A stretch of 64,000 bases of DNA from Eledone cirrhosa (lineage: Eukaryota), in the NCBI GenBank assembly GCA_964016885.1, contig OZ024743.1, positions 210,924,001 to 210,988,000 on the forward strand, given 5' to 3'. The notes beneath the pieces are model-generated. The model had not been told where the DNA came from. It saw only the letters and a list, made by a program, of their open reading frames with translations, and did no database searches. Numbering within the stretch: the stretch's first letter is position 1; every line of letters begins with the position of its first letter. Of this stretch, positions 45,001 through 55,715 are shown one piece after another. A program made the position numbers and the translations under genes.

Positions 45001-48000
45001 CTTAACTCCATAAGATATACCACAGTTTACCATCCGATAGCCACACATGAAAGCTCTTTAACCCATAAGATATACCACAGTTTAACTTCCTATAGCCAGA
45101 TGAAAGCTCTTCACTCCATAGGATATACCACAGTTTACCATCCTATAGCCACAGATGAAAGCTCTTCACTCCATAAGATATTCCACAGTTTACCGTCCTA
45201 TAGCCCCACATGAAAGCTCTTCACTCCATAAGATGTACTACCTTTTACCATCCTATAGCCACAGATGAAAGCTGTTCACTCCATACGATATACCACAGTT
45301 TACCATCCTATAGCCAGATGAAAGCTCTTCACTCCATAAGTTATACCACAGTTTACCATCCTATAGCCACAGATGAAAGCTCTTCACTCCATAAGATATA
45401 CCACAGTTTACCATCCTATGGCCACAGATGAAAGCTCTTCACTCCATAAGATATACCACAGTTTAACATCCTATAGCCACAGATGAAAGCTCTTCACTCC
45501 ATAAGATATACCACAGTTTACCATCCTATAGCCAGATGAAAGCTATTCACTCCACAAGATATACCACAATTTACCAACCTATAGCCACAGATGAAAGCTC
45601 TTCACACCATAAGTTATACCACAGTTTACCATCCTATAGCCAGATGAAAGCTCTTCACTCCATAAGATATACCACAGTCTACCATCTTATAGCCACACAT
45701 GAAGGCTCTGTAACCCATAAGATATACCACAGTTTACCATCCTATAACCAGATGAAAGCTCTTCACTCCCTAAGATATACCACAGTTTACCATCCTATAG
45801 CCACACATGAGAGCTCTTCACTCCATAAGATATACCACAGTTTACCATCCTATAGCCAGATGAAAGCTCTTCACTCCATAAGATATACCACAGTTTACCA
45901 TCCTATAGCCACACATAAAAGCTCTTCACTCTATAAGATGTACCACCTTTTACCATCCTATAGCTACAGATGAAAGCTCTTCACTCCATAAGATATACCA
46001 CAGTTTACCATCCTATAGCCACAGATGAAAGCTCTTCACTCCATAAGATATAACACAGTTTACCATCCTATAGCCACACATGAAAGCTCTTCACTCTATA
46101 AGATGTACCACCTTTTACCATCCTATAGCCACAGATGAAAGCTCTTCACTCCATAAGATATACCACAGTTTACCATCCTATAGCCAGATGAAAGCTTTTC
46201 ACTCCATAAGATATACCACAGTTTACCATCCTATAGCCACAGATGAAAGCTCTTCACTCCATAAGATATAACACAGTTTACCATCCTATAGCCACAGATG
46301 AAACTCTTCACTCCATAAGATATACCACAGTTACCACCCTGTAGCCAGATGAAAGCTCTTCACTCCATAAGTTATACCACAGTTTACCATCCTATAGCCA
46401 CACATGAAAACTCTTCACTCCATAAGATATACCACAGTTTACCATCCTATAGCCACACATGAGAGCTCTTCACTCCATAAGATATACCACAGTTTACCAT
46501 CCTATGGCCACACATGAAAGCTCTTCACTCCATAAGATATACCACAGTCTTCCATCCTATGGCCACACATGAAAGCTCTTCACTCCATAAGATATACCAC
46601 AGTTTACCATCCTATAGCCACAGATGAAAGCTCTTCACCCCATAAGATATACCACAGTTTACCATCCTCTGGCCACACATGAAAGCTCTTCACTCCATAA
46701 GATATACCACAGTCTTCCATCCTATAGCCACACATGAATGCTCTTCACCCCATAAGATATACCACAGTTTACAATCCTCTGGCCACACATGAAAGCTCTT
46801 CACTCCATAAGATATACCACAGTTTACCATCCTATAGCCACACATGAAAGCTCTTCACTCCATAAGATATACCACAGTTTACCATCCTTTGGCCACACAT
46901 GAAAGCTCTTCACTCCATAAGATATACCACAGTTTACCATCCTATGGCCACACATGAAAGCTCTTCACTCCATAAGATATACCACAGTTTACCATCCTAT
47001 AGCCTTACATGAAAGCTCTTCACTCCATAAGATATACCACATTTTACCATTCTATGGCCACACATGAAAGCTCTTCACCCCATAAGATATACCACAGTTT
47101 ACCATCCTATAGCCACATGAAAGCTCTTCACCCCATAAGATATACCACAGTTTACCATCCTATAGCCACAGATGAAAGCTCTTCACTCCATAAGATATAC
47201 CACAGTTTACCATCCTATGGCCACACATGAAAGCTCTTCACTCCATAAGATATACCACACTTTACCATCCTATAGCCAGATGAAAGCTCTTCACTCCATA
47301 AGATATACCACAGTTTACCATCCTATGGCCACACATGAAAGCTCTTCACTCCATAAGATATACCACAGTTTACCATCCTATAGCCACACATGAAAGCTCT
47401 TCACTCCATAAGATATACCACAATTTACCATCCTATAGCCACACATGAAAGCTCTTCACCCCATAAGATATACCACAGTTTACCATCCTATAGCCACATG
47501 AAAGCTCTTCACTCCATAAGATATACCACAGTTTACCATCCTATAGTCACATGAAAGCTCTTCACTCCTTAAGATATACCACAGTTTACCATCCTATAGC
47601 CACATGAAAGCTCTTCACTCCATAAGATATACCACAGTTTACCACCCTATGGCCACACATGAAAGCTCTTCACCCCATAAGATATACCACAGTTTACCAT
47701 CCTATAGCCACATGAAAGCTCTTCACTCCATAAGATATACCACAGTTTACCATCCTATAGCCACATGAAAGCTCTTCACTCCATAAGATATACCACAGTC
47801 TCCCATCCTATGGCCCACACATGAAAGCTCTTCACTCCATAAGATATACCACAGTTTACCATCCTATGGCCACACATGAAAGCTCTTCACTCCATAAGAT
47901 ATACCACAGTTTACCATCCTATGGCCACACATGAAAGCTCTTCACTCCATAAGATATACCACAGTTTACCATCCTATAGCCACACATGAAAGCACTTCAC

Positions 48001-48429
48001 TCCATAAGATATACCACAGTTTACCAACCTATGGCCACACATGAAAGCTCTTCACTCCATAAGATATACCACAGTTTACCATCCTATAGCCACACATGAA
48101 AGCTCTTCACTCCATAAGATATACCACAGTTTACCAACCTATGGCCACACATGAAAGCTCTTCACTCCATAAGATATACCACAGTTTACCATCCTATAGC
48201 CAGATGAAAGCTCTTCACCCCATAAGATATACCACAGTTTACCAACCTATAGCCAGATGAAAGCTCTTCACTCCATAAGATATACCACAGTTTACCATCC
48301 TATGGCCACAGATGAAAGCTCTTCACTCCATAAGATATACCACAGTTTACCATCCTATGGCCACAGATGAAAGCTCTTCACTCCATAAGATATACCACAG
48401 TTTACCATCTTATAGCCAGATGAAAGCTC
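1..48429. repeat. Satellite DNA array of 55/53-bp monomers (~890 copies in window, continues off the left edge) with higher-order repeats
   Basis: Seen directly: continuous tandem copies of ATGAAAGCTCTTCACTCCATAAGATATACCACAGTTTACCATCCTATAGCCACA(C/G) (55 bp) and a 53-bp form ending ...TATAGCCAG. Single orientation, no insertions, abrupt end at ...atgaaagctc|agctctttgg (~48429). Copy number is length divided by ~54.4. Confidence 0.99.
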
Positions 48430-48713
48430 AGCTCTTTGGTTGAAAGTTTAACAAATTTTGAGGATTTTCAGTTGATGCTGATTCACAAACTAATTAATTG
48501 AAATATTTCCAGAAAAGATACAGAGATATTTCAGCATATAAATAAATACTTTAGTTACGCAAGTGATGTGGCTTTAACTAGGAGTTTAAAACTGGGTTAT
48601 AGACATAGCTGGCTGAGCATTTGCTTCATATATTCTGTAGACATTGACATTATATAATTCTCATTGAATTCATCTGAAATTACCTTACAAGCTATTATTT
48701 AAAGCCTAGTTGG

Positions 48714-49030
48714 CATCATCATCATCATCATCATCATCGTTTTAATGTCCACTTTCCCTGCTAGCATGGGTTGGACAAGTCTACATAGACCAAATGAGTA
48801 CTGAAGCAGAGCTACTGACCTCCTACACAGGCTGGTCGGGGATGTAGGTGGGATGATGAGGGGTCTGCATCTCGCTTACATGTGGCATCGACTGAATGCA
48901 CAGGAGAGGTTGTCATGTCCTTGACACAACTGAAGTTCATCCCAACCCTTTGCTTAGCAATCTTTCTATGGATGGATGCCCTTCCTATCACCAATCACTG
49001 TACAGCATGTACTGGATGTATTTATCACTT
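48714..49030 (-). mobile_element. RTE-LINE 3' UTR/SINE tail fragment with (GAT)n tail
   Basis: (CAT)8 followed by cgttttaatgtccactttccctgctagcatgggttggac ... ggatgcccttcctatcaccaatcac. Reverse-complement similarity to 55950-56222, which follows an RTE ORF end. Confidence 0.75.
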
Positions 49031-49860
49031 GCAGATGACTACAGCAGAATTTATTGTATGTGGACTGAAATATGGACTCAAGATGATAAACGGTCATAAA
49101 CCAGACTAAATCTCTTTTTGCAAGAAATAGTATTAGAGCAAAACTTGTAGCAGACAATAGGCCAGAATTTGGCAGCTGGTGGTGCAAAAATACTCCATTA
49201 CTTGTTAGTCAGGGTACACAAGTTCCAGCCTGACAATATTTTAAAATTCTAATAATTCTCTAGGAAATTGTGAAGTATTAGTCAGAAAAAAAATTATTAT
49301 TTATCTAATAAAATTCCCAAAACAAAGTGTTAAAGTTGATATAAAATAATGAACAAAAACAATAAAAGAAGGAAATGTTAAGTTAGTAAAAATGATGATG
49401 ATGATGTGTCTCATATAAGAAGTATGTGATAAGATATTCACTCATGGTCTATTTGAAGTTCATAAGCTTTTCAGTGCTCATATAACAGTTAACTTTGTAA
49501 TGAATAAAAAAAAAGAAAAAATTGGATAGGAACCATCGTTTGATGTAGAAGTTTGGATAGCTAATAATGTGGATAGCAACAGAGTAAAAGTATGCTTTTT
49601 GTTTTTTAAATAGAATTAATATTATCAATATTGCCAACTGAACCTGAAGAAGATGAGTAAAATTAGAAAGAGTAAAAAGGGCAGAAAAATATTTTAGTAC
49701 TCAGATATTGATTATTCTCTCTTTTATGGTGATTCTCTCTTTTATGGTGTTGAAGAAAGAATATTATTAATATATTTTCATTAAAAAATGCATGGTTTTA
49801 GTTTCACATTCTATACCAAAAGATAAAACAATTTCAATTATTAAAACTACAACATATTTT

Positions 49861-50012
49861 GATCTTTTACTTGTTTCGGTCAGTTAACTGCAGCAATGTT
49901 GGGGAACCATCTTTGATTTAGTCAATCATTACCACAGGACATTTTGTTTGTTTTTCAAGTCTGATGCTTGTTTTATCAATCTCTTTTCTGTTGATCTGCT
50001 AAGTGATGGGAC
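49861..50012. mobile_element. Degenerate interspersed repeat (SINE-like)
   Basis: tcttttacttgtttcggtcag...ctgctaagtgatgggac resembles a high-copy octopus repeat as I recall it. No second copy in the window. Confidence 0.45.
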
Positions 50013-50159
50013 ACATGCACACATTATAGTTGGTGAAGAAGTTACAGTAGATGTAAACCAAGAAAAACCTGGGCAGAGGTTATGAGAGCTGACCTCAAAT
50101 CACTAAGACTCACAGAGGAGATGACAAAGAAACGTGACAAGTGAAGAGCTGCTGTACTG

Positions 50160-50223
50160 AAAAGAACCTGTCCAACCCATGCAAACATAGAAAAATGGAT
50201 GTAGAAAGAATGATGATGATGAT
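50160..50223 (+). mobile_element. RTE/SINE 3' tail fragment
   Basis: gtccaacccatgcaaacatagaaaaatggatgta...(GAT)n, the same tail as other copies in the window. Confidence 0.6.
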
Positions 50224-50239
50224 TTATTTATATATATAA

Positions 50240-50445
50240 TAATTGTTTCTACTTTAGGCACAAGGCCAGCAATTACCCAGTGCATTATTTTATCGACCCC
50301 GTAAGGATGAAAGGCAAATAATAATATATATATAATATATATATAAATAACAAAGTAAGATGACACTTGCCCAAGATGCCATGCACCAGGCTCTAACCCA
50401 GAACTGACTGGCTGCAAAATGAACTCCTTTACCTCTCAACCATGC
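50240..50445 (-). mobile_element. Two adjacent degenerate SINE fragments
   Basis: tttaggcacaaggccagc...ttttatcgaccccgtaaggatgaaaggcaaa is shared with 50915-51060 and 57625-57795. It is followed by acacttgcccaag..., a CORE-like segment resembling 51455-51555. Confidence 0.55.
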
Positions 50446-50514
50446 TTCTAGCTAGTTGTCTATTTTTGTTAATTTATGAATTATATGCTAATATTTATTC
50501 ACCCAAAAAGCAAC

Positions 50515-50712
50515 ATGTTGACAGAATCAGTAGAGCAACAAACACATGTATTGTGGTATTTAGTGATGGCATTTTTAGCATGCTATGTTCATTTATGTCT
50601 TTCTTTGATATTCTGAGTTTAAATCTTAATAAAATATTAAGCACTGGCTATCACCTGATTAATTATAAACTTAACCAAAATGTGTGGCCTTGTGCTTACC
50701 TAAGAAATCAAA
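50515..50712 (+). mobile_element. Degenerate SINE copy
   Basis: Begins ttgacagaatcagtagagca, contains ttctgagtttaaatc (B-box-like) and ends ggccttgtgct...agaaatca, the reverse complement of the 50240 and 57630 ends. Confidence 0.5.
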
Positions 50713-50914
50713 ATATATTTAGACAGTATTATGGTATTATGGTATCATAACTCCTGAGGGAGTCCTAAGGGCACCGTATTGACATTATGATGTCTCTTGG
50801 GAATTTTTAAGACTGACCGAGCCCATCTCTTCTCCAGGTCTGAATACAGCAGATTTCTTCCAGAGAAGGGTAGAGAGTGAGAGAGGGGAAGTGGGAAAAA
50901 GATATAGAGGAAGA

Positions 50915-51062
50915 ATTGAACCCAGTACTAGACTAGTACTATTTTTATCAACCTTAAATGGATGAAAGGCAAAGTTGACTTAGGCAAGATTTGAATTCAG
51001 AGAACAGAGAGCCAAAATTAATACTACAAGGTACCCTATCCAACATTCTAATGACTGCCAAA
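50915..51062 (-). mobile_element. SINE fragment
   Basis: cccagtact...tagtactatttttatcaacc...ggatgaaaggcaaagttgacttaggcaagatttgaattcag, homologous to 57700-57782. Confidence 0.65.
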
Positions 51063-51210
51063 TTAGCTGTCTAGACAGTATTACATAGAGTTAAATCTTT
51101 AATGATTAACAAAACCAAAAGAGTTCTACTTCTTCTTTGTACCACCTGCTCTCTCTCTAACATTTTGACAATGACATTTATAGACTTAGTTTATATTTTT
51201 ACATGGAAGT

Positions 51211-51555
51211 CATCATCATCATCATTTCATTTTACGTCCGCTTTTTTTCCCTGCTTGCAAGGGTGGGACGGGAACTGATTCTGGCTTGATTTCTACAGCT
51301 GGATGCCCTTCCTAACACCAACCTCATTTACAGTGAGTGCTGGGTGCTTTTTTGCCGTGGCACCTCCATGACCACTTTGCAGTGGAATGATAGGGACCTC
51401 AGTCCCTATCATCTCATTTCTACAGCTGAGTAAACTGGAGCAATGGGAAATAAAGTGTCTTGCTCAAGGAAACAACACATCACCCGGTCTTAGAATTGAA
51501 CTCACAACCTTTCGATTGCAAGGCCAATGCTCTAACCACTAAGCCATGTGCCTCC
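51211..51555 (-). mobile_element. Near full-length tRNA-derived SINE: Pol III head, CORE/Meta-like central domain, RTE-derived tail, (GAT)n
   Basis: Minus strand begins ggaggcacaTGGCTTAGTGGttagagc (A box) ... gaGTTCAATTC (B box), then tccttgagcaagacactttatttc...cagctgtagaaatg, then the ggaagggcatccagctgtagaaa tail ending in (GAT)n. Confidence 0.85.
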
Positions 51556-51793
51556 AGTAAGGATGTAAATGATGCATTAAAAGACAATGGCTTCAAAAAT
51601 AAAATATATTACACATAGAACAGGAGCTGAGGCATAGATCTAGTATGAGCCACCTTTCCTCCCATACCCCTCCCTTGCTGTAATCACCCCACCCCTATAT
51701 CTATCTCCCCAATCCCCCATGCATCTCCCCACCCAAGTCCCCAATCCACACCATAAAGTAGTCATCCTGGAGCCACAGCAATAAGCACCTAGT

Positions 51794-52008
51794 CCACACT
51801 GTAAAGTGATCATGTAGAAGTCACAACAAAGGGCTCAGCTGACACTAAATGTGGTTGGCATTAGAAAGGGCATTCAGCTGTAGAAACCTAGTCAAAATAA
51901 GTTCTGTGTGAGCCAAACATGGTCCTCCGACCTGGCTTGTCTCACAATGGGACAGCTCAGTTTACATATGCTAGGGTGGAAAATGGACATTAAACAATGA
52001 TGATGATG
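51794..52008 (+). mobile_element. RTE/SINE 3' tail copy
   Basis: gtggttggcattagaaagggcattcagctgtagaaacc...ggaaaatggacattaaacaa(TGA)n. Confidence 0.75.
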
Positions 52009-52915
52009 AGAATAATGCTAATACTCGAATCCCCATATACTTTAACCATTCATATAAAACCTTTAATGGCATTAAAGCGAGCTAAAGTAGTACCAATAAC
52101 ATCACTGCTTCCATAGCCACTACACTCAGAAAGCTTGACAGTATAAACAGACAAAAACTCTTCTCCCCCATGTAATTATAACAAACCTAATATTTGCCCT
52201 CCCAATGGTATATTTCTTTGTAATGCATTAATTTGTTAATTTGTAAGGCTTACTGAAAATCTTTCTAAAAAGATATTCTCACTATAAATATATTCAGAAA
52301 ATCAGAAAAACCTCTCAACACCTCACTATCCAATATGGAGATTAAAGAATGATAATATTGGTTATAATCTATTCTCCCTACATTAATAACTCCACCTGGG
52401 ATCTTTGTTCCTTAAAAAATAATAACATATTATTACAGTTGTTTGTAATTTTGGAAGAAAAGATCAATATTTGTTGATAAATTTCCAACTAAAAACTGGT
52501 TAAAATAGTTTGTTTTTTGTTTTTCATGTAATGGATATATGCCATAATCTGAAAGAGGTTATATAATGAAAAAATAATACATTCATTTATTCATCAACAC
52601 CAACATTTCCCTAAAAATAACCATTATCCTTGCTTTCATGTGTTTTAGACATATGATGCAGTAGAAATGAAAACATCACATTTTAGAATGTGAAAAGAAA
52701 AAGCATGATGTATTCCACTGCAACTGAAGTTGGTATGGAACTGTATCAGTGACCACATTGCAAACATGCATCAAATATTTTCATACAAGGATGGAAAAAA
52801 AATGATAAATATAAAGTGTAATTAATTTTTGTTTTTGAAACTCAAATGTGATACTTCCATACTGCGTTTTTCCTATTCAATGCTAATATATTGAAAGTTA
52901 ATATCTAAAAGAACA

Positions 52916-53076
52916 TGGTTGGCATTCAGAAGTGTATCCAGCCATAGAAACCAAGCCAAAATACAGATCTGAATGAGCAAAACTTGGTCTCCTGATTTAT
53001 CTCATAACAACCTGTGACAACCCATCTAACACATGCAAGTGTGGAAAAAGGATGTTAAACGATGATGATGATGATG
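52916..53076 (+). mobile_element. RTE/SINE 3' tail copy
   Basis: tggttggcattcagaagtgtatccagccatagaaacc...ggaaaaaggatgttaaac(GAT)5. Confidence 0.75.
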
Positions 53077-53547
53077 TTGACAATGAGATGATGAAGCTGA
53101 TAAATTGTATTTAATATTTCAATCTAGAAGAAAAAGTCAGAATATTTGCAAAGTTATTAACTGAAATCTTATAAATTATCAATGTTCTTTGTATGAGGTG
53201 AAATTTGAAAATGTGGGAATCCCATGTGCAGAAAATAACTGCAATAACAGTTGATTGTTAAAACAATAGCTTGGAAAACCATTTGGGGAGGGGGGAATAC
53301 CCCTAGAAATGGAAAAAAATGGCCAGCAATCATTCCTTCTTTTTTACTGTTTTTACAGTTATTTTCTGTGTTTGGGATTGCTAGATTTTCAAATATTTCC
53401 CCAAAATTATGAGAGAAAACATTATGATGATACTCTGAACATTATAATTAATTTATGCAAATGATAACTTGATAACTTTGATAGGTTTCGGCCAGTATTG
53501 GCCCAGGCCGTATCTAACTTATAAATTTAATGAGAGATTAACTCTTA

Positions 53548-53815
53548 ATATCATCATCATCTCCATTCTTTAACATCTATTTTCCACATTAGCATGGGTT
53601 AGACAAGTCATTCCATTGTGAGACAAGATAGATCAGGTGACTATGTCTTGCTCACACATCTAGCTCATATATTCCATTTTTGGTATGGTTTCTACAGCTG
53701 GATGTCTTTCTTAATGCCAACCATTTTACATCATGTACTGAGACCATTTTCTCATGATGCCAGTACTAATTACCTTACAGCATGGATTTAGTGTTTTTTT
53801 ATTGTGGCACCAGCA
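53548..53815 (-). mobile_element. RTE/SINE 3' tail copy
   Basis: (CAT)n...ttttccacattagcatgggttagacaag...ggtttctacagctggatgtctttcttaatgccaacc. Confidence 0.75.
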
Positions 53816-53979
53816 CAACCACTTTATATCATTAGGACTTTAGTTGTGTCCTTGGCAAAGCTGGGAAGGCAGTGATGAGAATAGAGGGTGTAAGATGACA
53901 GTTGTGTGTGTGTGTGGATGGGGGGGGGGGGCTATATCTTGTTACCTGAGGTAAAAGAAAATATTTTCTTTATACATAC

Positions 53980-54021
53980 TGTTTCTATTCCACCTTGGAA
54001 GCCTTGTTGGTTTTTCAATAT
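53980..54021 (-). CDS. Candidate short downstream exon (42 nt, phase 1->1) of the WSC gene
   Basis: Acceptor gttttaattcattacag| and donor |gtatgt. Open in the required phase: (N)IEKPTRLPRWNRN. No domain similarity, so support is from splice signals only. Confidence 0.3.
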
Positions 54022-54142
54022 CTGTAATGAATTAAAACGATACTTTTTAACGAGTTTATATTTAACATTTTAATTACTGTAAATATGGCAATAGTTTTTT
54101 TATTTTTTTTATTTTCAATATAAAATTTAATGACTATAAATG

Positions 54143-54364
54143 TCCACACTGTAAATGTGGTTGGTGTTAGGAAGAGCATCCAGCCAAAGAAACCAAGCCA
54201 GAAACAGCTCTATATGAGCAAGACATGGTCACCTGATCTGACTTATCTCAGAATGGGACAACTCGTCTAACCCATGATAGCGTTGGAAAAATGGACGTTA
54301 AACAGTGATGATGAAGATGGTGGTGATGCTAATAATGGTGGTGGTGATCATGATGATGATGATG
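54143..54364 (+). mobile_element. RTE/SINE 3' tail copy with expanded (GAT/GGT)n microsatellite
   Basis: ccacactgtaaatgtggttggtgttaggaagagcatccagcc...ggaaaaatggacgttaaac followed by about 60 bp of GAT/GGT triplets. Confidence 0.75.
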
Positions 54365-54506
54365 TTGGAAGATTTTAATTTAAGTAGGAATCCTTTAAGG
54401 TGGGTGGTTTTGTTCCATAGAACCAGAACTGGTTTTCACAAGAGTGGTATCAAAAGGATTAAGACTAGACAAGTCAGAAAACTACATCCCCCTTGTAGTT
54501 ACCATC

Positions 54507-54660
54507 TATGGCATGGTTTCTACAGCTTGATGCCCTTCCTAATGCCAACCACTTTACAGAGTGTACTGGGTTGGTTTTATTGTGGTACCCCACTAAAAGC
54601 TGCTCTCTATCTACTCAATATTATCCCTGTTTAATCCCTACCACTTTACAGAGTGTACTT
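54507..54660 (-). mobile_element. RTE/SINE tail fragment
   Basis: ggtttctacagcttgatgcccttcctaatgccaaccactttacagagtgtactggg, with ccactttacagagtgtact duplicated at ~54641. Confidence 0.7.
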
Positions 54661-54954
54661 TGGATCTCACAAGACTAAAGAGGTACTCACTCTCCTACAT
54701 TGTCTCTATATAAACTGAGTATTAAAATAATATATTCTATGGTAATAAAGTATAATCTTACCTAAAAAATATTCAATTCTCAACAAAGAAAATACATTTT
54801 CAAAGAAGTTTTCTAGAATTTGGCACAGAATATTTCTTGCTGTTATTCTTATATTTCATTTTCTTTAATTATAAAGACTTGTTTACAATACAAAACTGAA
54901 GAATTTGCACTAACTACCATCTTTCTTCTTCAATCTTTTTTTATTCTCTAACCA

Positions 54955-55055
54955 TATGTGTGGTGTATCATATATGTGTGTATCATACACATACGTGTGT
55001 GTATCATACACACACATACATATATGTGGCTGTGTTTGGGATATATATATTTACA
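54955..55055. repeat. Degenerate (TG/CA/TA)n microsatellite
   Basis: Alternating purine-pyrimidine low-complexity tract. Confidence 0.8.
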
Positions 55056-55089
55056 TTAATCTAATAGAAACAGAGAGAACATTCCTTAC

Positions 55090-55220
55090 TTGTTCTGTAA
55101 ATCTGAATGTGATGAAAACCACCACAATGTTGATTCAAATTTCCAGCACAGCGCAGAGAACAGTGCTTATCAAGGGTTGGAGTCGTTTTTATAGTGTCAT
55201 TTCCACACAGACAATAGTAT
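55090..55220 (-). CDS. Internal coding exon (131 nt, phase 2->1): C-terminal half of the second WSC domain
   Basis: Acceptor gtctcttttctttttag| and donor |gtaagg. Translation YYCLCGNDTIKTTPTLDKHCSLRCAGNLNQHCGGFHHIQIYRT completes an 8-cysteine WSC domain. Same length and phases as the 62072-62202 exon. Confidence 0.92.
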
Positions 55221-55622
55221 CTAAAAAGAAAAGAGACGGTTCTTTTTTGTTTTGTTTTGTTTGTTTATTCATAACTGACAGAAAAATAGGACTGAATTTA
55301 AAATAAATGAATGTTCCAAGAATGTTTATACTAAAATAACAAAGTAAAGATCTTGTTATTCTGCAGAAGAAAGAATGACAAAAGTTATCCAAATATCAAA
55401 ACTAGAAGACATGAAAACTGTTAACCATAACATTGAGAGAAATCTGAGAAATTCTAATATAGAACTAATCACATAAACCCTGGAATCTAACGTCTAAAAT
55501 GAAGGGGGAAGGTGAGAAAAACTAGATTAACAAAAATAGAAATTACTCTCAAGGAAAACTATGTGAACTTTGGGAAGACTTAAAGATGAAATCATTTTCT
55601 CAAGACAGAATAGAATAGACAC

Positions 55623-55693
55623 TATATACATACATACATACATATATACATGTTGACATACATACATATAGACATATATATATATACATACAT
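55623..55693. repeat. (TACA/TA)n microsatellite
   Basis: tatatacatacatacatacata... seen directly. Confidence 0.85.
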
Positions 55694-55715
55694 AAAGAAA
55701 TGCTGAGAAACCCCA

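Noticed and set aside
72-47393. The large set of MKALHSIRY... ORFs as a tandem gene family
   Set aside because: They are frames of the satellite. Lengths follow the 55/53 order, they overlap in different frames, frameshifting indels are frequent, and there is no promoter, splice or codon evidence.
1-48429. CRISPR array
   Set aside because: No unique spacers, the whole unit repeats, there are no cas genes, and the context is eukaryotic.
1-48429. Hammerhead-ribozyme satellite (as in newt or schistosome satellites), suggested by CAGATGA/GAAA
   Set aside because: The core CUGANGA is absent on both strands (CAGAUGA on +, GUGAAGA on -), and I could not build stem II followed by GAAA or stems I and III.
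1-48429. Telomeric repeat, tRNA or 5S/snRNA tandem array
   Set aside because: No TTAGGG-type units, no Pol III A/B boxes, no cloverleaf, and the unit is too short.
48812-49187. Four overlapping short ORFs
   Set aside because: They lie in an RTE/SINE tail copy and adjacent sequence and show no protein motif.
51480-51555. tRNA gene
   Set aside because: A and B boxes are present but there is no intact cloverleaf, and it runs directly into SINE body and tail.
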